64,000 nucleotides of DNA from Octopus vulgaris (GCA_951406725.2 OX597827.1:42718001-42782000); one strand, 5' to 3'. Positions 12,785-27,099 are shown, numbered from the stretch's first letter. Notes: generated by a model from the sequence alone, not told the origin. Numbers and translations: made by a program.

Positions 12785-13289
12785 CATATGTAAGTATGTA
12801 TGCATATATATGTACATACATGCATATATTTCAATAGATGTACATATATACGCATATGTGTCTGCTTGTGTGTATGTATGTATTATGTATGTATGTGTGT
12901 GTAGTGCATCTTCCATACATGCCTATGTGTGTGTGTATGTATGTATGTATGCATGTATGTATGTGTGTGTGTGTATGTAGTGCATCTTCCATATATGTGT
13001 ATGTATATGTGTGTGTGTTTACGTATGTGTGTATGAATGTGTATTACAGTATTATACTGTGATACATTTATATGTTATTGAATGTTGTTATTGCATGGTG
13101 TGTGCATATGTATTGTGTGCGGAAGCACATCGTACAAACACATCCTCGAAACAATCACACACACACACACACACTCCAACCTTTATATTAAATTTCGCCA
13201 CTATCTGCGTTTTAGGGTGGGGTTCTTTGTACTTGGGTATTACTGTTACAACAGCATAACAAGTGTGTTCTTTCGCAGCTAAGGTTGTA

Positions 13290-13641
<352 letters not shown>

Positions 13642-13938
13642 CACATGCATACACACTCACATGCAAAGTAAACTTTACCCATTCCCCACATCAACTCCTG
13701 CACAGTCGCATATACACGTGAGTGGCGTATATATAAATATGGTAGTGTTGTCGGATGTCAGATGAATATGTTTACACAGTATTATCAGGATATTATAGTT
13801 GCCAAATGTATTTCTTATTAGGATGTGGGACAAGGGAAAACTTTCGTTGTGCCGTTGTCTGAACTGGAATGAAGTAAACGTTTCCTGAAGAGCGCCCATA
13901 TCTTCTCTGAAACGTTATCACGCTAATAGACATTGAAT

Positions 13939-14240
<302 letters not shown>

Positions 14241-14733
14241 GGACATCATATCAAAGATTGACTATCATACCAACGAAGGATCCTCTATATGGTCGTTAAT
14301 TCTGTTAGAAATCGCAGAAAAATCTCTTTCAATTTGCACCAAATATAGGACGTATTTTTAAGTGAATATGATTTCAAAAATATACGTTGGTTGTACAGCA
14401 AGTATTTATATTTTAGCTTTCTTTAAATCATCAATACATAAACCGCAATTTTTTCAAATGTGATTTTTATTTGGTAAATTCTGACAATTTATTTCAGGAA
14501 TGTAAGTGTAAATATTCCAAGACATTCAGGTTTATGGCCGAGACCCAAATTGCAGGTAACCTTTCAACTTTCTCTGGAACGAGACACCAAAACGCAGCTG
14601 CGTTGGATGCCGTGGGAGGCAGTCGCAAACGATTGTCATGGAAACCTAAATGCACGTGCATCTCGTGGAGGTTATGGGTATAAAGATCAACTTGAACCGC
14701 GTTCCTGGCATTCATAATTCGGACGCATCAGGT

Positions 14734-15375
14734 ATGACCCGATTGTCAGCATCGCAGAGAGGACAAGCTTTCGGCCGACTGCAAACAGGGCAGCGTGCCC
14801 TGGTTCTTGCGAAAGCTTACGATATCCATGTCAGTACCATCTATCGCCTGCAACAGCGATACAGCAACACTAAAAGCATTGCAGAACGTACCCACAGAGG
14901 GCGCCCCGGGTGACCACGCCCAGGCAGGACCGCTTCATCCACCTGTAACACATCCGTGATCAATTGAGACCAGTCGGCGTAACAGCTCGCGAGAACACTG
15001 GCACTGGTCAGCGACCTATCAGTGACGACACGGTACGATGTCGACTAACCGCCAGCAACCTGCGTTCCAAAATGTTGGTGCAGGCAGAGGGAATGACATC
15101 ACAGCGCAGCGCTACGGTGACCAGATCCTAAGATCTCACATCGTGCCCTTCTTTGCGCATCACCATAGCTACGTGTTCGAGCAGGACAATACTCCCTCCC
15201 AAACGGCCAGGGTCACCATGGACTTCCTGCGTCAGCACAACATCAGAAGCATGCCGTGGTCGGCTCTCAGCTCAGATTTGAACCCAATTGAACACCTGTG
15301 GGATGAAATCCTGAGACTGCTAAACCAGGTGGTCCCAAGGCCGGCAGCTCGTGTGGAACTGGATGTAGTTGCCTC
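14734..15375 (+). pseudogene. Tc1-family transposase pseudogene with internal deletion
   Basis: N-terminal HTH-like MTRLSASQRGQAFG..STIYRL..RGRP; C-terminal VFEQDNTPSQ and WSALSSDLNPIEHLW (Tc1 DD34E region); frameshift, stop, and the first catalytic D region missing. Confidence 0.85.
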
Positions 15376-15439
15376 AGGGTGTGAGAACAGGTGCCAATGG
15401 CATATTTATAAAATTTGGCATATTTATAAAAGTTTTTAA

Positions 15440-16391
15440 GTGAAAAAACTTGAAAAATACAGTAAATATTTCGTAAATGAGCCATTTCACACTTCAGTGT
15501 GAAATAATTTTTTCCATAGGTTTTTTTCCGGGTGCATTCAACGTATCACACCTCCAAAGATTTGGCTTCTATTTCTAGCACGTCCCGCTACCACATAACA
15601 GCTATTTGTGATAACGAATCCGAAATAGCTGTTTCGTGGTAGCAGAGCGTGCAAGAAATAGCTGCCAAATCTTTCCTTTTCTGGGGAAACGAGCCGTTTA
15701 TGCGTGATTCCGATGTCACATTCGTTGAAAGCATCAGAAATAACCCGGAAAAGAAAAAAGACCCACGAAACAAAACTCCGTTGGTGGAAAACTCCGAGGT
15801 CCCCATCACCCACCCACCATTCTTTTCTGGAATAAAGTGGCTTTTGGTCGGTGTGGAGGTGAGATACGTTGAATGCACTCGAAAAAACCTGTGGAAAAAT
15901 TATTTCACACTGGAGAACGAACGAGTGCTTTACGTAATATTTACCCAAGACCGGAACAGGCATGCGTATAGAAGGATCGCTGAAACTGATAAAGCAAGGG
16001 CTGAACGTCTGGCGGAACAGAGGGACATAAACAGAAGCAGGGGAGATCAGGAATTGGACGCACGGACAGCTGGGCGTCTGGCGAAACAGAGGGAAAGAAA
16101 CAAAAACAGGAGACGTCATGAATCGATACTAATGTGAATACAAACGGAATAAAACAAATTTCACGTAAATCGGACCACGGGTTACCGAGATACGCGTTTT
16201 TTTCGGGTACCTTTATAAATAGCCAAAACGGCGTATAATGGGAGAAATGTTTTGAAAGTAAGGTACCATTGAAATGTGACTACTCACGGAATAACAGAAG
16301 TTTCGCGTAAATCGGACCACGGATTCCCAAGATACGCAGTTTTTCGGGTACCTGGAACTATTGGTGACCCAACAGGTCACGGGTAGTCTAG
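15440..16391 (+). mobile_element. Non-autonomous Helitron (3' end clear, 5' end uncertain)
   Basis: Hairpin GTGACC-caaca-GGTCAC (16364-16380) followed 8 nt later by terminal CTAG (16388-16391) and then T; internal ~55-bp duplication (about 16157 and 16298); charged AETDKARAERLAEQR segment reminiscent of Helitron ORF N-termini. Confidence 0.65.
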
Positions 16392-16400
16392 TATATATAT

Positions 16401-16500
16401 ATTAATACAATTGTTTGTTTGTATTCCACCTGCCTTCGTCTTTTGTTTATTTCCGTAAACCTGCCTTCGTCTTTTGTCTATTTTCATAAAGCTTCCCGTT
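16401..16500 (+). mobile_element. Family E short element, 3' fragment
   Basis: Matches about 27425-27492; flanked by the direct repeat TAGTCTAGTATATATAT (16384-16400 and 16512-16528). Confidence 0.7.
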
Positions 16501-16518
16501 ATATATATATATAGTCTA

Positions 16519-16561
<43 letters not shown>

Positions 16562-16599
16562 CCTACTCACACCCACTAACCAACATTCACTTTACACCA

Positions 16600-17400
16600 A
16601 TTCTTACCCCTACCACCAATTTCACCCATTACATCTTGCTTACTCGTGTATGCTATCTTATCTCTGCCAACCCTTCATTCTTACCACTAATTCTACCCAT
16701 CACTTCAAACCTACCCGTAAAATGCTAGCCATTCACTCCTATCATCAATTCTCTCCATCACATCACATCTACCCGTACTTGCTACCCTTTTACACTTTAT
16801 ATTACCTCTACTAACCATTCACTCCTACTTATGACATTACACTTACCCGTATTCACTACTCTCTTATTCTTTATCTTACTTCTACCAATCCTTCGTCCTT
16901 ACCGCCAATTCCACCCATCACATCATACATACCCGTAAATGCTACCCTCTTACACCTGATCATACCTCTGCTAGCCATTCACTCCAACCATCAATTCTCT
17001 CTACCACATCACATCACGTCTACCCGTACATGCTAACCTTTTACTCTTTATCCAACCTCTACTAGTCATTCACTATTCATCACATCATACATACCCGTAT
17101 TCGTACCCTCTTACATTTTATCATACCTCTGCTAGCCATTCACTCCTACCATCAATTCTCTCCATCACATCACATCCACCCGTACATGCTACCCTTTTAC
17201 ACTTTATCCAACCTCTACTAGTCATTCACTATTCATCACATCATACATACCCGTATTCGTACCCTCTTACACCTGATCATACCTCTGCTAGCCATTCACT
17301 CCTACCATCAATTCTCTCCATCACATCACATCTACCCGTACATGCTACCCTTTTACACTTTATCTTATCTCTGCCAACCCTTCGGTCCTACACCTAATTC
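16600..17400. repeat. Degenerate C-rich minisatellite with 156-bp period
   Basis: ACCCGTACATGCTA recurs at about 17022, 17178 and 17334; related ~80-bp subunits upstream. Confidence 0.8.
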
Positions 17401-18106
17401 CACTCATCACGTATTCCTACCCACTTAAGCAAAACCGCTAATCCACTTAGAGTTAACCCATCCCTACCCTTTCCAGACTTCTACGTCATAGCCCACCAGT
17501 ACATACCCCTATCAAACCATATACCTTCCCCTTCTCTCTAACTTCATCTTTCAGACGTAGCTCCAATTCCACCCGGAAAACGTTTCCATAACCACAAACC
17601 CTACAAACACTTCACCCCACATTCCCTCAACCCTATTCCCAACCTCATCCATCACGACCTACCCACGGATACCCCATCACCCCATCAATTACTCACACTT
17701 TACCTCTTCTCTATCCATCCTTTCCACCGATTGCACCGCAAAAACAGACAAGCTCTCTCATACACACTTTATCATAATACAGCCAATCTTCCCTATTACC
17801 TCCTTTCCAAGTATTACACCCTACCCAGAGACAACACCCCACCACCCGTAACTGTTCACACTTTACCACCATTCTGCTTGTCACTCGTCTTAACCCCTTA
17901 CCTCCATACCGTACCCTACCTGTTTACCTACTTCCCCCCAATAATCCCTAATTCACCAGCATTTTTACATCACCTCTGCCTATCTCTCACCCCGAACCTC
18001 CATTTTTATCCTCTTCACAAACACACACGTTAATGCACTTCCCTACCTACCTACCTACCTTCATGCAGTCCCTAACTCACTTATATTTTTCATTACCTCT
18101 ACTTCC

Positions 18107-18137
<31 letters not shown>

Positions 18138-18318
18138 CCCAATTCCAGTTCTATCTACCAAACACGCACGCACACGCGCACACACATATACACACACGCG
18201 CGCGCATGCAAGCTATCCTACCAACCTACCTACTTTTCATAACTACCCACAGCCTCTAATTCAATTACATTTTTATATTACCTCTGCCTATTCTTCACTC
18301 ACACTTCCAGCTCAATCC

Positions 18319-18370
<52 letters not shown>

Positions 18371-18630
18371 CTATTCTTCAGCGTTACTAAATCCTTCAGC
18401 TATAAAACCATGTTGACCTTTTCCACAAGCGATTTCCATGAGGTTACATCATGCTGCTTTTCGACGCGTAAATTACATAATTTCATCAAATATGGCGTCT
18501 AAATTAAAGGACAAACGTTGTGCAATGCTATCAAGTCGTGCATGTGTGTGTGTGTCTATATATGTGTGTGAGTCTGTTTATATGTGTGTATGCCTGTATG
18601 TGTGTGTTCGGTGGGGGCTATCTAAGCATC

Positions 18631-18694
<64 letters not shown>

Positions 18695-18945
18695 GGAATG
18701 ATTATATATATATGTATGTATATGTATGTGTGTATATGCATGTGTATATATAAGTATATGCATATATGTATGTGTGTCTATAGATACGAATATATAGAAT
18801 TACCATCAAAAAGTTACATATGTACATGCAAATGCACACACATATATATGTGTATATAAACATATATATATATACACATGCATATATATATGTATATATA
18901 TATATATGTGTGTGTATGTGTGTGTGTGTGTGTGTGTATACATGC

Positions 18946-18986
<41 letters not shown>

Positions 18987-19093
18987 GCACATATACACAC
19001 GTGCATACATGTATTTGGATGTGTTGTGCGTATAAAGCTAAATTCATAGAGGCATTCTAGTACACTCTCATATGTTCTGCATATGTACACACA

Positions 19094-19146
<53 letters not shown>

Positions 19147-19882
19147 TGTGTGTGTGTGTGTGTGCGTTTGAGAATATACACATATTCATTTCTGTATGTA
19201 TGTATGTATGTATGTATGTATGTATGTATCTATGTATCTATGTATGTATGTACGTATGTATGTATATACATATATGTGTCTGTGTATGATTGCATGCATA
19301 CATGTATGTACACGGGCATACGCACGCACAAGCACACGCGCACGCACACGCACACATACACATATATAGTTGTTCTTTAATTTCTTTTGTAACCGACACG
19401 GCTGGAGCAACGCTTATAATTCAGGTTTTATGTAGAAACTAACACTCTGTGCCTCAAGCCAACACCATCACCACCATCATCACCACCATCACCGTCACCA
19501 TCACCACCACCACCACCACTACCACCACCACCACCACCAAGAGCACTACTACCATCATTGCCGCCAAAACGCCCCACCACTACCACCAACACCGCCAACA
19601 CCAACACCAACACAACCATTACCAGCACCAGCACCAGCACGACCACGCCGCTACCACCGCCACCACCACTATTACTACCACTGTTAACTCAATATTGTCA
19701 CCATGATCCCCATCATTAACCATCAGCAGCATCATCGCGATAGTGAGCTGAAGGAATAAGGAAAAATATGCATTGATGACGACATTGGCACCGCCAAAGT
19801 GAATGCCATTTGGCCTTTACATGGTTACGCTGTTTACTAGAAATAGCAACCAGATCCCTTAGAACTTATACTCTTCAGCTCC

Positions 19883-19966
<84 letters not shown>

Positions 19967-20026
19967 GTGTGTGTATAAGTATGTATGTATATATATATAT
20001 ATATATATATACATACATATATTCGT

Positions 20027-20233
20027 TTATTCTTTTACTTGTTTCAGTCATCTGATTGCGGCCAATCTGGAGCACCACCTTTAGCCGAAGAAATCGTCCC
20101 CAGGACGTTTTCTTTGTGAGCCTAGTACTTATTCTATCGGTCTCTTTTGCCGAACTGCTAAGTTACGGGGATATAAACACACAAACATCGGTTGTTAAAG
20201 CGACGGTAAGGGAACAAACACCGACACACAAAC
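20027..20233 (-). mobile_element. SINE family A, 3' half
   Basis: Reverse complement of the A tail. Confidence 0.85.
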
Positions 20234-20381
<148 letters not shown>

Positions 20382-20749
20382 CAGGGAGGGGTTGGACAAA
20401 ATAATGGAAACATCTTAAGATTTCAAACAAATTTATCTTAATATGGGGTAGGACACCTTCGGCAGTAATTATGGCTTGAATTCTGCGAGGTATTGACTCG
20501 TACAAAGTTTGAATTGTTTCCAAAGGAATTTTTGTCCATTCTTCAGCTAAAACGGTCTCCAGTTCTTGCAGTAGTGATGGTGGAAGATATCGACTCCTTA
20601 CTTGTTTTTCTAAAATGCTCCATAAATGTTCAATAATACTGAGATCTGGGGACTGGGGTGGCCAGATAAGATGTTCAACTTCACTAGAATGTTCCTCGTG
20701 CCATTCAGTAAGAACTTTAGCTGTTTGAATTGGTGCATTATCATCCTGG
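20382..20749 (-). pseudogene. Tc1-like transposon 3' end (transposase C-terminus plus TIR)
   Basis: Minus strand [38 protein letters not shown]; end TA-CAG..GGTTGGACAAAATAATGGAAAC abutting (TA)n. Confidence 0.85.
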
Positions 20750-20896
20750 GGTTTCTATGGTACTAAATTTATCGACCCCGAAAAGGTGTTAGGCAAAGTT
20801 GACCTCGGCGAAATTTGAACTCAGAACGTAAAGGCAGACGAAATGCCGCTAAGTATATTGTCTGGTGTGCTAACGATTCTGCCAGCTCACCGCCTT
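20750..20896 (-). mobile_element. SINE family C, abutting the truncated Tc1 relic
   Basis: Reverse complement of the C head and body. Confidence 0.8.
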
Positions 20897-21151
20897 CTTA
20901 AGCCGTGATAATGGAGAAATATCGTTATCTGGCACATTTGGGTTCGATCCCCGGCAAGTTTTCTTGCCTGGTGTATGACTTTCATGTGTGTTAACAATCA
21001 GTGTTATTAGGGAGCATACCTAAACGCTATCTCACAGCATATTCGGGGAATAAACAAAACACATAAACACATACATTGTGTATAAGCGATCGATAATGTT
21101 TACATAATTAGCGCTGCTCTTAATTCGTAATTTAATGTTTTAATATACATG

Positions 21152-21208
<57 letters not shown>

Positions 21209-21326
21209 CGCAACAAAACTTCTACATGTTACTTTTTTGACAATCTTTTTCCAAAGAGTGAAGCCGGTAAAGTAAATAATCATCTTTTAAATTGCATTTT
21301 CAAACCTTCTTTCGTATATATATATT

Positions 21327-21720
21327 AGGCGTAGGAGTGGCTGTGTGGTAAGTAGCTTGCTTACAAACCACATGGTTCCGAGTTAAGTCACACTGCGTGC
21401 CACCTTGGGCAAGTGTCTTCTACTGAAGCCTCGGGCCGACCAAAGCCTTGTCAGTGGATTTGGTAGACGGAAACTGAATGGCCCATCGTATATATGTGAA
21501 TTTATATATATATATATATATGTAGCTATGTGTGTGTATACGTTTATGTGTCTGTGTCCCTCCCCCACCAACATCGTCCCCGTAACTTTGCGGTTCGGCA
21601 AAAAAGACCGATAGAATAAGTACCAGGCTTACAAAGAATAAATCCTGGTGTCGATTTGCTCGACTAAAGGCGGTGCTCCAGTATGGCCACAGTCAAATGA
21701 CTGAAACAAGTAAAAGAGTA
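21327..21720 (+). mobile_element. SINE family A
   Basis: Complete layout with a small internal deletion. Confidence 0.9.
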
Positions 21721-21747
21721 TATATAGCTGTGTGTGTGTGCGTGTAT

Positions 21748-21965
21748 GTAGAAGTGACGAAAAGTTTCTGGCTTTGGGTAAATGAAACTACAAAAGAATC
21801 AGTTAATTATGATTTTATTCAAAATATTCCCTTCTCAGATTCACACACTTAATGCGATGGTCCTTCAGTTTTTCTAAGTCCTATGAAAAAAACTTGGAAG
21901 TTTGGGCCTCCAGCCAAGCCTTTTACGATATCATTAACGCCAGGGACTTTTCAGCACCCCTCGTA
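21748..21965. mobile_element. Mariner-type MITE (~215 bp)
   Basis: Right end ACTTTTCAGCACCCCTCGTA (mariner-like TIR TACGAGGGGTGCTGAAAAGT); homologous copy at about 48568-49164. Confidence 0.7.
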
Positions 21966-22070
21966 TGTATGTGTGTGTGTGTTGCTGTGTGTGTATATAT
22001 ATATATTTATATACGCTTGTACATACATACAAACATACGTACGTACATACATACAGTAGTAGTAGTAGTT

Positions 22071-22178
<108 letters not shown>

Positions 22179-22180
22179 AC

Positions 22181-22793
22181 GGCACTCCGTCGGTTACGAC
22201 GACGAGGGTTCCAGTGAGCTGGCAGAATCGTTTGCACGCCGGGCGAAATGCTTAGCAGTATTTCGTCTGACGTTACATTCTGAGTTCAAATTCCGCCGAG
22301 GCCGACTTTGCCTTTCATCCTTTCGGGGTCGATAAATTAAGTACCATTTACGCACTGGGGTCGATATAATCGACTTAATCCCTTTGTCTGTCCTTGTTTG
22401 TCCCCTCTGTGTTTAGCCCCTTGTGGGTAGTAAAGAAATAGATTCCAGTTGATCTGATCAACGGAACAGCCTGCTCATGAAATTAACAATCAAGTGGCTG
22501 AGCGCTCTGCAGACACGTGTACTCTTAAAGAAATCCTCGTGGAGTTTCAGCGTGACAAAGAGTGTGAGAAGGCTGGCCCCTTTGAAATACAGGTACAAAA
22601 GAAACAGGGAAAAAGAGTGAAAGTTGTGGTGAAAGAGTACAGTAAGGTTCGCCACCCCCACCCCCTACTGGAGCCTCGTGGATCTTTAGGTGTTTTCGCT
22701 CAATAAACACTCACAACGCCCGGCCTGGGAATTGAAACTGCTATCCTACGACCGCGAATTTGCTGCCCTAGCTACTGGGCCATCAGGCCTCCA
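22181..22793 (-). mobile_element. SINE family B interrupted by a SINE C insertion
   Basis: B tail at about 22181-22213 and remainder at 22441-22793. Confidence 0.88.
22214..22440 (+). mobile_element. SINE family C (long-tail type) nested in SINE B
   Basis: Near full copy; TTCCAGT is duplicated at both junctions. Confidence 0.88.
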
Positions 22794-22808
22794 TACATAT
22801 ATGTTTAC

Positions 22809-22854
<46 letters not shown>

Positions 22855-23109
22855 ATGTATGTATATATGTGTGTATGTATGTATGTATGTATGTATGTAT
22901 GTATGTATGTATGTATGTTTGTATGCATGTATGTATGTGAGTGTATGTGTTTATGTATGTATGTTTGTATGAATTATGAATGTATTATGTACATATATAC
23001 CCATGTGTGTGCATGTATGTATGCATGTAGGCATGCAAATCTGGTGTATGTGCGTGTATGATTGTATACTGTCCAAATTACATGTAACTAATAACTATAT
23101 AACTGCATA

Positions 23110-23450
23110 ACCATATTCTTCATGCATGAAGAAACCTTGTGTCAGGTCATGGGTGAATGGAACTTTGCTTGAACTTTCTGAGATCAAGTCTGGAGGCGTG
23201 CTGCAAGGAAGCGTACTGTCTCCTCTGCGTTTAGAATCGTTGATCGATTAAGCGACGATATAAGCTACACAGCGAAGATTTTGCTAAATACAATGGACGG
23301 ACAATAATATACTTGATGCTGTAGATTACGTTGATGACCTGATGATGTCTACAAGAATAAGAGAAGAAATGCGACTAATATTGGATTGTTTAATGAGAAG
23401 AAGGAAGCAAGTTTGGTCTGGTTATTAAACTGCTCAAAGTTAGAAAGGAA
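23110..23450 (+). pseudogene. RTE-clade reverse transcriptase fragment
   Basis: GVLQGSVLSPL (from 23195) and IQWTDNNILDAVDYVDDL (about 23288-23341; cf. RTE IQWT..LEDLDFADDL). Confidence 0.7.
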
Positions 23451-23813
23451 TGAATATGAATTATAGCAATCCGTCCGATTGTAAGAGAGGAAAAGAAATA
23501 AAAAGCAATGATATTTCATTGGACACACAGATGCAGACATACATCTGCAGTTACGCATACACGAGTATACATACATATAGACACATACGTACCTGCTTTT
23601 ATATATATATATATATATATATACGCATACACACATAGACATATACAAGCATACTTGCATACATATACACACGCATGAACACACATATACGTATATGTAT
23701 GTATATATGAATCTAGACATACAGCTATATGCATACAAATACGCATTTAAATGTATATTTGTCTTTATAAATCTCTCCCTTTCTTTTTGTATCTATCTAT
23801 CACACATATATAA

Positions 23814-23865
<52 letters not shown>

Positions 23866-23891
23866 CATTATTCTTTTACTTTTTTATATAT

Positions 23892-23942
<51 letters not shown>

Positions 23943-24035
23943 TACACATATACATACGTGTGCGTGCGTACACACACGCATATACATGCAGGTATGTGTA
24001 TTTGTATACATACGTACATATGTATATATATATAA

Positions 24036-24086
<51 letters not shown>

Positions 24087-24102
24087 CATATACACACACA
24101 CA

Positions 24103-24148
<46 letters not shown>

Positions 24149-24229
24149 TACATATATATCAATCGAACAAATCTCGGTGCTTTGCACGTAAAAGCCCTAT
24201 AATCACCCACACATACATCCTGTACTTGC

Positions 24230-25735
24230 GTCATCACTGCCACCGCTAACGCCATCTCACCGTTGCCATCTTGATATATACCACCAACACCACCACCACC
24301 ACTACCTCCACCACCTCCAACACCATCAACGCCACCTGCAAGGCCTCCAGTACCGCCTCTGCCACCACCAGAACCATCACCACTGCAACTACCGGCACCA
24401 GCGGCACAACTCCTGCTGATTACGTCTGCACCACCATCAACATCGCGTACGGTACCACCACCCACACCACCACCACCACCACCACCGCCACCGACACTAT
24501 CACCATCACCACCATTACTACAGCCGTCCCATATATCAATACCATTATCATGCCACCGACACTATCACCACCACTAACACCACTGCCACCACTGCTACAG
24601 ACGTCCCATATATCACGAGTAGCATTGCAGCCACGGAGGCCGCCAACATCACCACCACCTGCACCGTTGCTACCACCACCACCACCACCATCACCATCAC
24701 CATTACCACCACAATCACCATTATCATCACTACATGCACCACCACAACCGCAATCGCTAGTATAGTATAACGTCACCAGAGCAACTTTCCACCACCACCA
24801 GCACCGCCACCGCCTTCACCGCCGCTCCATAACTCCAAGATGTCAAGGGCGGCATGACATTTCACATTTACCATTTACTTGGTGCCTGTTAAAAAGACTG
24901 GCACACCACCACCACCACCACCACAACCACACCACCACCATTCCCAGCACCAACACCGCCCCACCACAACTCCACCATCAACACCACCATCACTACCACA
25001 ACCGCACCACCACCACCGCCACCACCACCACCACAGCCATCACACCACCACCACAATCCCACTACAATACAACCACCACCACCATCATCGTCTCACCACC
25101 ACGACCACCATCACCACCACAACCGCACCACCATCACCACCACTACCACTATCACCACCACCACCACCACCACCACCACCACCACCACCACCGCCGCCGC
25201 CGCCACCACCACCGCCACCACCACCGCCATCACCACCACCATCACCAACACCACCACTACCGCCACCGCCGCCGCCGTCGCCGCAACCACCAGCACCACC
25301 AGGTTCGCCATCATTACCATCACTATTATTCACCCTTGCCACCCAACTACCACAGCCTACACTAACACCACTATCAGAACCACTACTATTACCATCGCAA
25401 CAACATATCTCTGCAGAACGAACCAACAACACTGCCAGTGTCTCTGCTAAAACCACCATTCTCACCACGACCACCACCGCTGTCACCTCAACACATCTTG
25501 TACAAAACCGACCATTATTAGAACACATATTACAACCACCACTACCACACCAACTACCACCATACCACTACCACCACTAACACTACCACTACCATAGCCA
25601 CCACTACCACCACTACCATTACCGCTAAATCTACCCCCACCTCCACCCAGCACTGCCAACATTATCACCACCACTATCACCACTGCTACTACTACTACAA
25701 CCAGAACCGCTACACCCCCAGCACCTTCCGACGAC
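24230..25735. repeat. Cryptic (ACC)n low-complexity region
   Basis: Directly visible; the poly-Pro/Thr/His ORFs are artefacts. Confidence 0.85.
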
Positions 25736-25949
25736 GGTTTAACATGTGGGAATTCGAAGTCACTGTCAATGATATACATGTTTAGGCGTTATATCAGTGG
25801 CTTACCGTCGCCAAAAGTGAACGATACCATCGTGAAAGGCGTGAAATTGTTATAATCTTTTGGACGATAACTGACGAGAAATTAGCTACGTCTTCTATGT
25901 GAATTTCCCGTTTGTTGTGTTCCGGTTAAATTTTTGGAACACTGTATAT

Positions 25950-26103
25950 GGGTGTATGGTAAGTAGCTTGCTTCCCAGCCACATGGTTCTGTGTTCAGTC
26001 CCACTGCGTGGCACTTTGGATACGTGTCTTCTACTATAGCCTCAGGCCGACCAAATCCTTGTGAGTGGATTTGGTAGACGGGAACTGAAAGAAGCCCGTC
26101 GAA

Positions 26104-26196
<93 letters not shown>

Positions 26197-26456
26197 GACG
26201 GGCTTCATATATACATATGTATGCATGTATATATATGTATGTATATTTGTGTGTGTATGTGTTTGTCGCCCCGCCATTTCTTGACAACCGATGCTGGTGT
26301 TGACGTCTCCGAAACTTTACGGCTCGGCAAAAGAGACCGATAGAATTACTACTCGGCTTACAAAAAATAAGTCCTGGTGTCGATTTGTTAGACTAAAGGC
26401 GTTGCTCCAGCATGGCCGCAATCAAATGACTGAAACAAGTAAAAGAATAAAAGAAT
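25950..26456 (+). mobile_element. SINE family A
   Basis: Complete layout with expanded internal (TA)n. Confidence 0.88.
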
Positions 26457-26484
26457 ATTCACACACACCCACATACACATGCAT

Positions 26485-26680
26485 ATGACTGTTGGCAATC
26501 TTTTTCCTCCGTCTTCCTTTTTCTCTTGGACTTTCCTCTGTCTCCTGTTTCTAAAGAAGAGCTTTGACTCGAAACGTAAAACACCCTTTCTTTCCTTCTC
26601 TGAGCGTCTTATTAATACCTTGCATGTACCACGTTGTTATTTTTCTTTTTGTTGTCCCGTTTCCTCCTTTGTTTTATCAT
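26485..26680 (+). mobile_element. Divergent family E-related element with decayed hammerhead-like motif
   Basis: TTT-CTAAAGA-AGAGCTTTGACTC-GAAACGTA-AAA at about 26548-26581; CTGAGCG..TAATAC shared with family E. Confidence 0.5.
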
Positions 26681-26689
26681 ATATATATA

Positions 26690-27098
26690 CTCTTTTACTT
26701 ACTTGTTTCAGACATTTGACTGCGGCCATGCTGGAGCACCGCCTTTAGTCGAGCAAATCGACCCCGGGACTTATTCTTTGTAAGCCCAGTACTTATTCTA
26801 TCGGTCTCTTTTGCCAAACCGTTAAGTGACGGGGACGTAAACACACCAGCATCGGTTGTCAAGCAATGGTAGTGGGACAAACACAGACACACAAACACAC
26901 ACACACATACATATAAATATATATATATATATACATATATACGACAGGCTTCTTTCAGTTTCCGTCTACCAGATCCACTCACAAGGCATTGGTCGGCCCG
27001 GGGCTATAGCAGAAGACACTTGCCCAAGATGCCACGCAGTGGGACTGAACCCGGAACCATGTGGTTGGTTAGCAAGCTACTTACCACACAGCCACTCC
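26690..27098 (-). mobile_element. SINE family A
   Basis: Full reverse-complement copy. Confidence 0.92.
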
Positions 27099-27099
27099 A

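Noticed and set aside
13885-13917. CTGAAGA...GAAACGTTA hammerhead-like core
   Set aside because: Stems I and II do not pair
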